From: the human T2T-CHM13v2.0 reference genome, Homo sapiens
Reading direction: 5' to 3' (one strand)
Assembly (NCBI RefSeq): GCF_009914755.1
Contig: NC_060929.1
Length of the DNA: 64,000 bases
The stretch's first letter is position 1. The number at the start of each line of letters is the position of its first letter. The notes beneath the pieces are model-generated. The model was not told the origin of the DNA. It saw only the letters and a program-made list of their open reading frames with translations, and ran no database searches. This document shows, piece by piece, positions 13,805 through 30,730 of this stretch. The translations under genes were made by a program, and so were the position numbers.

Positions 13805-14375
13805 GCATGCCATTTACCAACTATGTGACATTGGGCAAATGCCTAAGTTTGCTTATCTATAAAATGAGGATATTAATTTTACCTCATTCATTGGGTTGTG
13901 GTAAAAAGTAAATAAATATATATGTAATAAACATATATTGTTAGAACAATGCTTGATGCACCACTGTTGTATAAGCGTTTGTTGATAAATAGAATACTGG
14001 AAAAAAAAACAACAACAACAACATCCAGCCAGCAAACCTAGAGTGCATTCAGGTTTGTGAACTTTAAGCAAGAAGTAGAGCAAGTAGAGACAGTGGTAAA
14101 TCTGCCAATGGCCATAATAGCCCCAAATCAGAATAAAGGTTAACCACAGGCTTCAGGGTAAGAATACCTAAGTTTATAATTAGACTCTGATACTTCATAC
14201 TTTGTGACTTTAGACAATTGATTTAACTTCTCTAAGCCTCAGTTTTTTTAATCTGTCAAAGAGTGGTAATAATATTAACTACATCTTAGAGTTCTTGTGA
14301 GCAGTAAATGAAATAATTCCTATAAAGAATTTAGCCCAAGACCCGCCCCATCTTATCTCTTCAATAGATAGTTAA
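13805..14375 (+). mobile_element. Two MIR fragments
   Basis: TGTGACATTGGGCAAAT...TCTATAAAATGAGG and TTAACTTCTCTAAGCCTCAGTTT...ATCTGT. Confidence 0.7.
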
Positions 14376-14853
14376 AATCATCCTAGGTACAATGCATTTT
14401 TGATCAATTACTGGGTTTTTTTGGGCCACACCCACAACTTGTTTTATCTTAAAAAGTGCCAAATATGTTCCATATGGTGTCCAGATGGCCAAGATGGAAA
14501 AAAACTTTCGTTTCACTTTTCAATTTGCAAATGGACTTATATTTGGAAATCCAGGCTGATATGTCTCCAGAAGTCAGTGTGCCAAGACATTTTCTGTAAT
14601 TGCAGACAGTAGAGTCTGGGGAATAATGAAGATCTTATGAAAGGCACTGCCTTAGGAGTTAGGTGATTCAATTCTGGTCCCAATTTTGTCCCAAACTTGT
14701 TATATGACCTTAAATACGTCAGTTTTCTTCCTTACCTTTAAATTATCTCCTCCTGAATATGGTGGTTGAACAATAGACAACCTCAAAGGTTTTCTTATCT
14801 CTATAATTCTTATTTAGCAAAAGGGTCTGTGCCATTTTAAGAAACCTTGAGGT

Positions 14854-15140
14854 GGTCATGCGCAGTGGCTCACGCCTGTAATCCCAGCACTTTGGGAGGC
14901 CGAGGCGGGTGGATCACGAGGTCAGGAGTTCAAGACCAGCCTGGCCAAGATGGTGAAACCCTGTCTCTATTAAAAATACCAAAAAATTAGCCAGGTGTGG
15001 TGAGGGGCGCCTGTAATCTCAGCTACTCGGGAGGCTGAGGCAGAGAATTGTTTGAACCCGGGAGGCAGAGGTTGCAGTGAGCCGAGATTGGGCCACTGCA
15101 CTCCAGCCTGGGCAACAGAGAGAGACTCCATCTCAAAAAA
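14854..15140 (+). mobile_element. AluSg-like
   Basis: GGATCACGAGGTCAGGAG and GGCCAAGATGG; TSD AAGAAWCCTTGAGG. Confidence 0.95.
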
Positions 15141-15689
15141 GAATCCTTGAGGCATTAAGGTTTTGTGGACAAGGAGTTACATTTTACAGAGCAGTGTGTA
15201 ACTTCGGTGAAGATCGTCATTTCTAGATCAGTCATGTTGGCTCCCTCTTTCCTCTCTATGGGAGTTATCACAAAATTAACTAGAATTTAACGGATAAATT
15301 CCTGAAGTTCATGAATGGCAAAAGTTTCTGCCCCTAAAAAAATATTTAATCCAGATATTTGCATTTGGAGTTCATGCATTAACTTAAACACTCCTTGTCT
15401 GTTAAACAAAATAAATTACCACCCCACCTTAACATTGCCTCTGGCTCGCAGCAGAGGGGAAAAACATTTTTGGTTTGTAATACAGTAAAATTACAGAATG
15501 TTTGCCTTATTTAGTCATGGTCTGGCTGATTCATTCCGACTGATATTGTTTAGAATGAAAACTTGACCAGATGTTCAGTTAAGTGAGCTAGAAAGATTAA
15601 CTCTCAGTCCTACCATGTTATCTTGAAGGGTGGGTGTAGTCATCTCCAAAGAATTTCCTGGAGTTGGACACAAAGGTTACTGATTATGA

Positions 15690-15920
15690 TTACAGCTAAC
15701 ACTTTGTTAAATACACCCAGTGTACCAAGTGCCATCCTAAGTGCTTCAAGTGTATTAATTCGTTTAGACACACAATAATCTTTAAAGAGAGGTACTACTA
15801 CCCTTTTTCATGAGTGAAGTCACTGAGTCTCAGAGACTTGAAACAACTTGCCTAAGGTCACTCACCTGGTACATGATAAAGGCAGATTTGAAACTAGGAA
15901 CTTTGATGTCCATGCTTTTA
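15690..15920 (-). mobile_element. MIR
   Basis: ACTGAGTCTCAGAGA...AACTTGCCTAAGGTCAC...GATTTGAAAC. Confidence 0.75.
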
Positions 15921-17273
15921 AAATTTTGCTGAGTCCATTGCTTTATGCAGTTTCTTGTTTTTGACCCAACATACTATAAAGACTTGAAAATACTAGACTC
16001 ATTTCTAATTTAGGAGTGGGCGAAGAGGAATTTGAACTAGTATGAGTAGAAAAAAATATAGTACCTGATCCAAGGGGAAGGAAGAATGATAAATTTTGAA
16101 GAAAACACATATATACCTGATTAGAAACCTCTTGCGTTACCAAAACATCTCTACTGTTTATCCATCTTTTAAAATAATTTGAGGAGTGTGAAAAGAACTA
16201 AAGTTTAGACTTTTACTGCTTGTCTGCACAAGATAGCTGGAATGTTTTGTTGTTATGATCAAAGCCAAATGGATAATATTCGTTGCTGCTTCTTGGTTAA
16301 CCTTAAAAAGAAGCAAAAAGAAATTCTTAGATTCTCCTCATCTACAGTGAAATCCAAGATATTGCTTTGTTTGGGGATTTGTTGGAATTATGATTCTGGT
16401 TCTTCACTGACATTCTTCTGAGCTTAATTTAATGTCTGAGAGCTCCTTTATCTTTTGTTAGCACATATTCTCCAATAATATAAAGAAAGCATAACACACT
16501 ATCCATTTAGGTTTTAAAACAACAAAGTAGTTTGAAAAGTATGTTGATTCTGGCTGGAGCAATTTGGATAGATTCTCCCAAATCTGGGTCTGAGAACTCA
16601 TAATGTATTTGAAAGGCATTACATCTAACTCAAACTCAATTCCCCATACTTTTTATCCCTTAAATCCAAGGGATTATGTTAAAAATATTTGTAATATAGC
16701 ATACTTTTTTTTCTGTTCTTGTCTCAGTGACGATATTCCAATTCGTTTGCATGCAATGAAAGCTTTTGTTCATATCATTAGGATCCTGTAAAGTTGCATC
16801 AATTAGCTATGACATCTGAATACATGCAATTTTGTTGGTTTAAGCATGTGTTATGATGTGGATTAATAGCTTCAGTAATGGGACAAGAAAGATCACAAGG
16901 GTAGCAGCTTTGACACAAGTATAAAAACTCTGCTAACTACAAGCAACAATAGAAAGTAAAACTCAGATTAAGACTTTGATTAGCTAGGACATGGTTTGTC
17001 CTGAGAGTAAAATAAGCCATCTGTATTGTGCCTGTTATTTAAATACAGAATTTCTTCAATAGGGAATGATCTGTCTTTTATCACCTTAAATTTCTTTCCT
17101 TTTCGAGAGTTTGTTAATTCTACTAGAAAAAAATTATATGTGATCAATGAATAAAACATAAAAAAGTAGAAAAATTACCCGGGGTCTCACCATTCTTACA
17201 CCACTTAAATTTTAGCACACTTCCACTTACTTATAATTATGTTCTGCATATCAATACTGCATCCTTCATTTCA

Positions 17274-17610
<337 letters not shown>

Positions 17611-18319
17611 TAAATTGTCTGAATTTTATTTGTGTATAGAAACATAACTCCTCATGGTTTTCCCAATAGTCTTTTGAGTGGATGTTGCATATTTTATCTA
17701 CTTGGTCCTATATTTCTAAACAGTTAAGGAGTTTCCAGCTTCTCTAATCTAATGAATAATAATTAAGTATTCATCTTTATGCCCAAACATTTCCTTTTCA
17801 GGATTATTTCTTTAGATTAGCTTTCCTCAAGTGGAATCTCTGCTCAAAAATGTTGTATTCTAAAGTTTATTGCAAGTAAACATATTTTATCAGCTTATAC
17901 TGACTTTTTGCAATAAACTTGCCCACAATTACACTATTAATTGGTTTGTCCAATGACCAAAATGAAGTTTGGAAAGCAGAAAGTCACTGTTCCCTAAAAG
18001 GATTCTGAGTTTTCTGGTGCTTTAACCACAGTTTCTGAATTTCTTTGAAACAGTTTTAACTCTCTGCTTTGGCATGTGTTTCTGTCATGTACCTAAGTCC
18101 TTGAGTTCATTCACTACAAGGCTCTGGCTTTGATCTCCAGCTCTTTCCACCTAAATGAATTTCCTCTTGTGACCCTAGTCTCTGCCTCCCTCCTGGTGGG
18201 AGTGGATGTTGTGGTTATTTTCCCACATTCTTCCCATGTTCATTCTGTTTTCTCTGTGTCAGTCCTTTGGGCAATTGGCCCTACAGCAGCTCTAGAGGCA
18301 ATTCCTGATTAATCTAATC

Positions 18320-18490
18320 TGTCCTACACTTGCTCACCACTCCATTGAAGCTGCTTCGATCATGTCATCAATGACCTCCATTTTGTTAAATCCAATAATC
18401 AATTCTCAGCTCTCAACCTCTTAATAGCATTTGGCATAGTTAATTACATGTTCTTCCTGGATATACTTCCTTCACTTGGTTTTCAAGACC
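18320..18490 (+). mobile_element. L2 fragment (resumes near 19625-19740)
   Basis: TCAATGACCTCCAT...AAATCCAAT...CAATTCTCAG...CTTCACTTGG L2 ORF2-end motifs. Confidence 0.75.
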
Positions 18491-18510
18491 TAATCAAGAA
18501 AATGGAAACT

Positions 18511-18816
18511 GCTGCTCGTGGTGGCTCATGCCTGTAATCCCAGCACTTTGGGAGGCCGAGGCAGGTGAATCACCTGAGGTCAGGAGTTCCAGACCAGCCT
18601 GGGTGAAACCCTCTGTCTATTAAAAATACAAAAATTAGCCAGGCATGGTGGCGGGCACCTGTAGTCCTAGCTACTTGGGAGGCCGAGGCAGGAGGATTGC
18701 TTGAACCTGAGAGGCGGAGGTTGCAGTGAGCTGAGATCGTGTCATTGAACCACTACACTCCAGCCTGGGTGACAGAGTGAGAGCCCATCTCAAAAAACAA
18801 CAACAACAACAACAAA
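18511..18816 (+). mobile_element. AluS with (CAA)n tail
   Basis: Alu dimer with small internal indels; GAAACT on both flanks. Confidence 0.93.
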
Positions 18817-18819
18817 CCC

Positions 18820-19623
<804 letters not shown>

Positions 19624-19883
19624 TAACTTCTTTATCCCCTACTTTACTGGTTGCTCCTTCTCAGTCTTCCAGCTGGCTCCTACTCTTCTCCCTAACCTCT
19701 TAATGTCAAGGTGTCCTAAAGCTCAGTTGTTCTGTCTTCTGTTCTGGTTATTCACAGATAGATGTTTAGTACCACTGCCCTCCCTCTCAGCCTTACATAT
19801 AACAATTTATTGCTACTTCTCATATTTCTGTGGGTTGACTAGGCTTAGTTGAGTAGTTCTCTCTTGGGATCTATCATGAAGTT

Positions 19884-20410
19884 TGTGGCAAACACTGTGA
19901 TTTATCAATCAGATCCCACTTTAAAAATGAAGAGCAGGTCAGGCATAGTGGCAGATGCCTGTAATCCCAGCATTTTGGGAAGCTGGAGCAGGGGATCAAT
20001 TGAGCCAAGGAGTTTGAGACCCGCCTGAGCAACAAAGCCAGATCCCATATCTACGAATTTTTGTTTTTAAATAGCTGAGTGCAATGGCATGTGTCTGTAG
20101 TCCCAGCAGCTCTGAAGGCTGATCGGGGAGGATCCCTTGAACCCAGGAGTTCAAGGTTGCAGTGAGCTATGACCTTGCCACTGCATGCCAGCCTGGGTGA
20201 CAGAGCAAAATCCTGACACCCGCCCCCCACCCAAAAAATATATATAGTCTCAGTTGCTGGGAGTATGGCTGACAGTTGGCCCTCAGCTGTCAGTCTCTTT
20301 CAGGAAATGCCTCAGCTTATGTAGGCCACCTCATCCAAGGTTTCCCACCCCACTCAAGGTAGCTCACATCCAGTGACTGATGATATGGGGATATAAAGCC
20401 CAGCCTTCTC
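19884..20410 (+). mobile_element. LTR16C-like ERVL LTR, 3'-truncated, interrupted by AluJ
   Basis: GCCCTCAGCTGTCAG...TGCCTCAGCT...CACATCCAGTGACTGAT...GGGATATAAAGCCC. Confidence 0.7.
19937..20240 (+). mobile_element. AluJ
   Basis: Diverged dimer, GTTCAAGGTTGCAGTGAGCTATG. Confidence 0.9.
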
Positions 20411-20573
20411 ATTCCTTAAGAAATTAGGTAGACACAAACCACCTATTTATTGATGGGACAGTAGAATTGTTCAGGTACAGACAAGAGATAGATCTAACAA
20501 GGTAGGCACTCCAAACATATTTGTTGAATCAATGAGTGAACTGATGATCTTTATTCAAATCCCAATTTAGTAA

Positions 20574-20905
<332 letters not shown>

Positions 20906-21794
20906 AACTTTGTCTAGTTTTTTAAATCTCTTTTAGCCTCAACTTATTTCAGCTACAAAATAGCAATAAGCAGGATTACACAAGATAATGTACATAAGGC
21001 GCTTAGCACAGCACAAGCACAGAGTAAATGCTCAGTAAATAGGATCTACTTTTATTATAGTACTTGACAGCTTCAGAGCTTTGAACAAATTGCTAAGAGA
21101 CGTAAAGGGAGAGTCGACACAAAATAAGAGAATTGAGTTCACTAAGGAAGTTGCTGCTGATGATTTCACAGCATTACAGCTTCTACTTTGCCGTATTCTT
21201 GTTTATTTGTAGGTCTGCTAGAGACATCCAGAAACTTTCCTGCTAGCTGAATATATAAATAGTTCTACACAATACAAAGAACTATATAGTTACTTATATA
21301 AGTAGTCAGATTGCTGTCATATTCTACTCTGAGGACCCTAAGGTTTGCATAGAGATACCTGAAGACAATCATGCACTATAGCTCCATTTTTATATACTTG
21401 ATGCATCAGGGATCCTCATAAGATTTTATTTGTCACTGGTCCCTTCCTTCAAATATTTGAAAACATATTAGCATTGGAAAATTATAGAAATATTAGTGAT
21501 TTATTTATTCATAAATTTTGTAGGTGCTGGATATATAGAAAATGAATAAACAAGGATGTAGTCCCTGGCCTAATTAAGCTTAAGTCTCATGAGTGAGGAG
21601 GGTATTAAAGGAACAAATGCACAATAAATATATGACTACAAGTTGTAAGCAGCAATGAAGATGAGGTTTTTTTCTTGTGAGTTCTGGTTATTAAACTAAT
21701 AAATATTTTCAGGGCTAATGGCATCACCAAATACAGAAATGACTAGTGACTAAACTTGAATCCTTTTTACATAAAAGCTTACACATTGCTTACT

Positions 21795-22073
21795 GTTTTG
21801 TTTGTTTGTTTTTTGAGACAAGGTCTGGCTCTTTCATTCAGGCTGGAGTGCAGTGGTGTGAACATGACCCACTGCAGCTTCAAACTCCTGAGATCATGAG
21901 ATCCTCCCACCTCAACCTCAATTGCAGGCACGCCACCATGCCCAGCGAAATTTTGTATAGAGACGAGGGTCTTGCTATGTTGCTTAGGCTTGTCTTAAGC
22001 TCCTAGCCTCAAGTGATCCTCCTGCCTCAGCCTCCCAAAGTACTGGGATATAGGCATGAGCCACTGTACCTGG
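21795..22073 (-). mobile_element. AluJ
   Basis: Diverged dimer; TSD TGCTTACTRTTTT. Confidence 0.9.
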
Positions 22074-22499
22074 TGCTTACTATTTTCTTGAAAGAATCTT
22101 ATTCAAATACATTTCAACATTGAATCTAAAGTAGCTAATTAAAAAAAGGAAAGAATAAAAATTCCTGATGTGCAAAGCAATGAAAATGGTAAGACAAATA
22201 GGCGTGTTAAAATGGAAGGTCTTTTTTAGTTTTTTTAAGCCTGGGAGCAGCTCAGGGTAGCCTGTGGGGTACCCGCTGTAATATGAGGTTTTGTTGCTTA
22301 CTTGCTTCAAGAAATGTCTATGTTTTTAGGTCATTTTGTGGTAAGGCCAGAGTCTTCCATAGTTTAATCTCTGACCACTGATGGAGATTTCAAATTTGCA
22401 ATCTTGGGAACAAAGAGCAAGGACCATTTTGGATCTAGTGGAGGTTACTTTAAATCCAAAGTTATCAAAAATCCTCTTTTTAAAGATCTTCATACTGAA

Positions 22500-23330
<831 letters not shown>

Positions 23331-23339
23331 ACATATAAT

Positions 23340-23610
23340 AGTATTAATAATGATAATAATTATCAATAAAAGTCTGCTGAAGGCTTACTGTATGTTAGAT
23401 ACCATCCATTGCTGTTAACACCTTTTAATTCATTTATTTCTCATAACATCACTAGGAGATAGGTTCTAGTATTCTTCTTTTTACAGGGTCTAGAACTGAG
23501 GCCCAGGGAAATAAATTAACTTGCCCAAAGTCATGCAGTAACTGGTGATACCTGGGTTAAGTAATAGGCAGTCCAACTTTAGAGCCAGAGTATAAGAATA
23601 CTTTACTACA
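23340..23610 (-). mobile_element. MIR
   Basis: AACTGAGGCCCAG...AACTTGCCCAAAGTCA. Confidence 0.75.
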
Positions 23611-24329
23611 TGTCCACAGGGAGTAGAAAATTTAGCATCCTTCTATTATCTCCAAAGATGCTTATAGTCTTACATTTTTTTCTACTTATTTCTTCCTCAT
23701 TTGCTGACTTCCTCATTTCCTGATAAATTTTTAACTGTCATTCTCATACTTCTATCTGTCTTTATTCTTCTCCTGTAGGCTGGGTGTGACCCAGATGAGC
23801 CCACAGCATGTTTTCCTTGATTTCCTTAGGGTATCTCAATGAAAGGAACATGTATCACATTCACTGAAGGGAGATATGTCATATCATCACAAAGCCAATG
23901 ACATGAATACTAATATAACATTTTTATGATTTTTAAATTCTACAGCCAGCCAACCATTGAACATTTGTCACTGGATGATTTATCTATAAATCCTCTCATG
24001 TTGTTATTTTCTTCCACTTCATCTTCAGTACTTTTCTCTTATATCTCCAGATATATTCAACCCCAATATGTGTATTTAAGAGCCTCTTCAACACTCTTGA
24101 ATTATTCCAGAAAACTTTAAACACTCATCTTGTTTCATAATGCGCAAGGATTTAGTTCTTTTGTTCTAATTTCTTGGCCATTCAGTTTATCTCCTAGGAC
24201 TTCTGTTTTCTCAACCAAAATGGATGAAAAACGGTGCTGTCTTGACATTATAGTCTGGTATTAACCGGATGAAATTCTTAGCGATGACCTACTTCATATT
24301 AGTGCCTTTCCTAGTGGAAGAAAACTTGT

Positions 24330-24712
24330 ATAAATTCAGTGAAAATAGCTGCTGTAACAAACACCCTGCAAAACACATAGTGGCTCAAATACAAGAGAAG
24401 CTTATTTCCTGCCCATATAAAATAACAATAGTTGTTTTTGATTGATGGGCCATTTTTCTCCCAGATGACGTAGATGCCTGGGTTCCTTCCCTTCCATGAC
24501 CCTGCTATCTTCATCAGATGGCTTCTAAGGTTGCTGTGCTTTTTTAGCATCGAGTCAGGGGAAGGAGAAAGAGCATAAAGAATGACAGTTCGGAGATTTT
24601 TTTATGACCTAATGACACCTAAGCACTAGACAAGCTGAGAAACATATTCTGACTGTAGGCTCAGGAAGAAGAGGAAATGCATCTGCTGAGCACCGGGCAG
24701 TCTCTGCTTCCG
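24330..24712 (-). mobile_element. MLT1 (I/J-like) MaLR LTR
   Basis: GCTGCTGTAACAAA...AGTGGCT...TTATTTC...GCTGAGAAA...CAGGAAGAAGAGGAAATG...CAGTCTCTGC. Confidence 0.7.
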
Positions 24713-25249
24713 AGCAGTATGAAACTCTCTTCTCTCTTGCTGTGAATTAGGGCAACTCTTTCTTCCCCTCTTATGCCAAAATGACAGAAACAAAAGTATT
24801 TTTTGTCACTTTGATACATCAATAAACTCTCCATTTAAACATAGAAGAAGAAATGTGCATATAAAATAGGTATTGGGTGGTTTCAGATGCAATGAAACCA
24901 GAAGACGGGGAGAAACAAAAGGCGAAGGTTCATATGGACCAGAAGGAGGAAAAAGGGAAGAAGAAAAGCAGCTTACTGCATCACTGGCCCCAAGGTATTA
25001 TTTTGCCTTAATAATGTCTTCTATGTATAAATCCTTCATGTTCAAATCACTCAACAAAGAATCAATACTTTGCAATTGTGTCCACTGAGAGATGAAGTAG
25101 GAAGGATGCCATTCACCTAATGGGAGAAATGGGAATTTCAAAGAGGTGGAAGTCATGATATAAAGGAGCATTGGACAAGAATCTGAACTTTCCTGTTTAT
25201 TTTCAGTAATCGCTATAATCACTAAGCACCATGCCTGTGTGAGTGCTTA

Positions 25250-25300
25250 CACGCATACGTGTGTGCGTGTGTGTGTGTGTGTGTGCGTGCGTGTGTATGT
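25250..25300. repeat. Mixed (TG/CG)n alternating purine-pyrimidine tract
   Basis: ACGCATACGTGTGTGCGTGTGTG...GTGCGTGCGTGTGTATG. Confidence 0.9.
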
Positions 25301-26231
25301 TTTGGGGGTGTCATGCTTAATCTCCCACTGCCCTCTTTCTCTTCTGTTGCTTAGCCCCACCTTCATGCTCTTTGCTGAGAAAGCTGCCTGGGTGGGTCAA
25401 AGAGAGGTTCATGAGATGGAGTTGACATTTTCTCATAGTACTTAAAAACTATTTTTATTTGGAGCATGCTGGATAACTGGCAAATTCTGTTCCAATTAAA
25501 CTCCTTTTTCTGTCTTCAAGCAGTTGAAAAATTTGTCAGCCAGTTCATTCCCATTTTCACTTTTAGGCATTGAGTTTCTCAGTTTATGAGTACGCTATAA
25601 TTTATCTATAGACATTTACTCTTTTTTCATGTTATTAGAGAAAGGAGCAATAAGTAGATGCAAGTAGGGAGTGAAATGTTTTTGTCATTTAGCTAGTGAC
25701 ATTTTCCCCTCACTCAATTTATTGACTATTTATAAAGGTAGAGAAAAACAAGGGATAGTTTGAACTACATGTTGGAAAGAACAAATACACTGCTGAATAT
25801 TAATACAATATGGACAGGTGTCCCTTCACCTATATGCATTTTTATCTGAGAAATATTTCCCCATATTGAATAGAAAATGGAGAAATCTATAACTGGTACC
25901 TTTGTGATGAAGAGAGAACAATCATGTTAGGATTAGAGATTACTCTGCTGATAATTTTTTTTTTTTATTTCAAAGGCAATTAGCTAAGAAGCTAAATATT
26001 GGTTAAAGAAAAAAATGAGATTCTGAGTAAGTTATTTATCTGTGACCCACTTTTCTCATTCTTAAAATGGGATTAATAATAATAGCAATAACCCTTCAGG
26101 TATTTGGATGATTAAATGAGTTACTGAATATAAAATGCTTAGTACAGTAGTCTGGCACAAAGTTGCCCATTCTATAATGGGAAAAGTGATATCCTGACTG
26201 ATAAATTCTAATGTTAAATTTAATTCATTCC

Positions 26232-26546
<315 letters not shown>

Positions 26547-27109
26547 TTACACACACACGCACACACATATACATGCATATAACACACACTGTCTTACAAT
26601 GCAGGCATATGAGTGTAGTTTTTATCCTACCAAGTTTCTATCTTTGTATATATACATATGTGCATGTACATATTCATATACTATTTATGCTTTTTTTATT
26701 TAGTAAAAATTTAAATGAGATCTAATTAATAATCCTGTTCTGCAACTTGATTTTTCTTCCCACTTAATGTTTCCTGGCCTTTATTCTAAATCTATTATAA
26801 AAATCTATTTTTAATGTTTTTCTTAGGATTCTGTTGTGTGAACATGCCATTAACTTAACCAATCCTTTATGAAAAGGTATTTGAATTCTTTTAAATTTTT
26901 CACTTTACTTCACAGAATAATAAGCCCTATTAGGATTTTAGAAGCTTCTGAAATACTCAAGAAAATGTAATGAAGCAAGAGCCCACAAATTCTAGTCTTT
27001 GTCAAGGTCATTTGTTGTCATTTTAAGGGTATGGAAACTGAGTGTCTGAGACTACCTAACTTGTCTAAGCTGACAAGTACTGAGATAATAATCAAACCCA
27101 AGTCCCTTA

Positions 27110-27512
<403 letters not shown>

Positions 27513-28284
27513 TCAGAGATGATATGTGACTCACCCAGGATTGCACAGTTAAAAAGAGCTAGAATAAGGCTGCCCTTTCTAATCTTGAGCTCTCACAATG
27601 AGTTCCAGGATGTTATCTTCTGGGACACCAAAATCAGTATGGAACACTACTACTATCAAGTTGGCTGAGTCCGATGACTCAGGCTGCTGGGAAACTGCTC
27701 CATTTTCTCTAGTTTTCCTTTCTGGAAAGTACAACTTAGCCCTGTGACTGATGGTTTCTATTCTCGTTGGCAGCTAAAGAGAAGAGCCGATGGGCAGTAT
27801 TTGGTGTGTCTGCTGTGACAGTTATCTAAATATATCCTCCTTATTAGTCTGCCAGGTTTTCTGGACTTCACACATTAGCTTAAGTAGCAGAGTTTTTTTT
27901 CCTAATATGTGTATTCATAGAGATAGTCATTAGGCCTTTAAAAAATATAGATGCATACCATATTAGTTTTAAGACAGCAGAATGAGAAAGAAATGGGACA
28001 GAAGATAGTTAATTTTGTTGGGGAAGAAGAAAGCAATTTGAATTTTTGGACATAATGAGAAAGAATGTTATGGATAGCCAAGATCATTGATTACATGCCT
28101 AAGTAGAGGGATTGTCAAAAGGCAAAGGAAAAGAGGTTCTTTTTTCTTCTAATATAATAATTTTTTGAGATACAATTCAAATACAATATGTCACCCATTT
28201 AAAGTATACAATTCATTGGTTTTTAGTATATTCGGAGTTGTGCAACATCACTGCTACATGGGAGGAATAATGCAACATCACCAC

Positions 28285-28771
28285 TGTACAAGAGGAAAAA
28301 TTAATTTTCCTCAACGACTTCCAGGTTCATGGCTGAGGCACCTGTAAGAAAAAGGCAGATCAACAAGAAAAAGGCACACAAATTTATTTAATGTGAGCTT
28401 TATGTGATATGAGGAGCTTTGGAAATGATAATCCAAAGAAAAAGGGCACGTGTATGTTTATGGTTAGGTTTGATGAAGAGGGGAGAGTTGTGGAGAAATA
28501 TAATTAGACAAAGAGGGTGTGATCTAATGATAATAAGCTGGGGGGAACTTAGCAGGGCATGTTTGTTCAAATTCTTCTGTGTTCATGTCTTTCCGTGATA
28601 AGGATGTTCCTTTTCTCTACATATAGAAGGGACACCTCTGGAATGAGGGTCTTATGACTTGCTTCAGGGAAGAAGGGCAGGAGAAGGTGAGAGAGTGGCT
28701 TTCCTGCTTCTGCTACTTTCTCAAATGCCAAGCTGTCATATTTGAGTGGCAGTATGCCCAGAACCCCATCA
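28285..28771 (-). mobile_element. Solo ERV1 LTR of the MER4 group (MER31-like)
   Basis: TG...CA termini, 4-bp TSD CCAC at 28281-28284 and 28772-28775; CAAATTTATTTAAT and CAAATGCCAAGcTGtCATATTT motifs. Confidence 0.75.
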
Positions 28772-28910
28772 CCACAATCAATTTCAGAATGTTTTCATTA
28801 CCCCCAAAGAAACACTATACTCGTTAGAAATCACTTCCTATTTTCCTGCAGCCCTTGCATATGTAGGCAACTACTAATTTACTTTGTTTCTACAGATTTG
28901 AAGCCAAAGT

Positions 28911-29196
<286 letters not shown>

Positions 29197-29198
<2 letters not shown>

Positions 29199-29340
29199 CT
29201 TTTTCCTTCCCTTCCTTTTTTCCTTCCCTTCACTTCCTTTTTCCCTTCCCTTCCCTTCCCTTCCTTTATTCCTTCCTTTCCCTTCCTTTCCCTTTTTCCT
29301 TCCTTTCCCTTCCCTTTTTCCTTTTCTTCTCTCTCTCTCT
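29197..29340. repeat. Polypyrimidine (CCCTT/CTTT)n tract
   Basis: About 140 nt of C/T with only two A. Confidence 0.9.
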
Positions 29341-30137
29341 GCATTAACTAATTTTAACTGACTACCTTATTGTCAATAGTTGCATGCACATTGCTGTAAA
29401 TGTTCTGTCTCTATGAGTTGGACTACTCAAGTATCTCATATAACTAAAATCATATAGTATTTGACTTTTTGTGACTGGCTTATTTCCCTTAGCGAAACGT
29501 TTTTAAGGTTCATCCATGTAGCATATATCAGAATTTTCTTTCTTTTAAAGACTGAATAATATTCGATTGTATGTATATACCACATTTTACAAATCTATTC
29601 ATCTGTCATTAGACACTTGTTTTTTGCTAAAGAAGATAATGCTGCTATGAACAAATATTATTTGAAATCCTACTTTTAGTTATTTGCAGTATATACCCAG
29701 AAGTGGAATTGCTGGACTATATGGTAATTCTATCTTTAATATTTTGAGGAACCACTGTACTGTTTTCCACGGTTCCAATTTCTCTACATCCTTGCTGACA
29801 CTTGTTATTTTCTGTTGTTGTTGTTGTTTTTTAATAGCCATCCTAATGGATGTGAAGTGAGATCACATTGTGGTATTGATTCATGTTTCCCTAATGATTA
29901 GTAATGTTGCATCTTTCATCTGCTTATTGGCCATTTATACAGCATCTTTGGAGAAATGCCCATTCAAGTTTTTTGCCCATTTTTAATTTGGTTGTTTATT
30001 TTTTTATTGTTGAGTTATAAGAGTTCTCTATATATTCTGACTATTAATCCCTTATTAAATATATGATTTTTGAGTATTTTCTCTAATTGCGTGGGTTGCA
30101 TTTTTACTCTTTTGATATTGTCCTTTGACATTATAAA

Positions 30138-30435
<298 letters not shown>

Positions 30436-30730
30436 CCTGATATTTTATATTTTGATGTAGTATAATTTGTCTGCTTTTCCTTTTGTTGCTGTGCTTTTGG
30501 TGTCATATCCAGGAAAGCATTGCCAAATCCAATGTTATGAAGTTTTACCCATGGGTTTTCTTCTAGGAATTTTATAGTTTGAGTTCATACATTTAGGTTG
30601 TGGTCCATTTTAAGTTAATTATTGTATGTGGTGTAAGGCAATGGTCCAATTTCAATCTTTTGAATGTGGATATCCAGTTTTGCCAACATTATTTGTTGAA
30701 AGCAAAAGAGATTCTTAAAGAAAAATTTGA

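Noticed and set aside
16726-16820. Possible C/D snoRNA (GTGACGA ... CTGA)
   Set aside because: Non-canonical C box, negligible terminal stem, no recognisable rRNA guide.
23740-23830. Strong acceptor at 23778 (similar ones at 40729 and 54238)
   Set aside because: Isolated pyrimidine-AG motifs are common in T-rich intronic DNA, with no supporting coding or pairing evidence.
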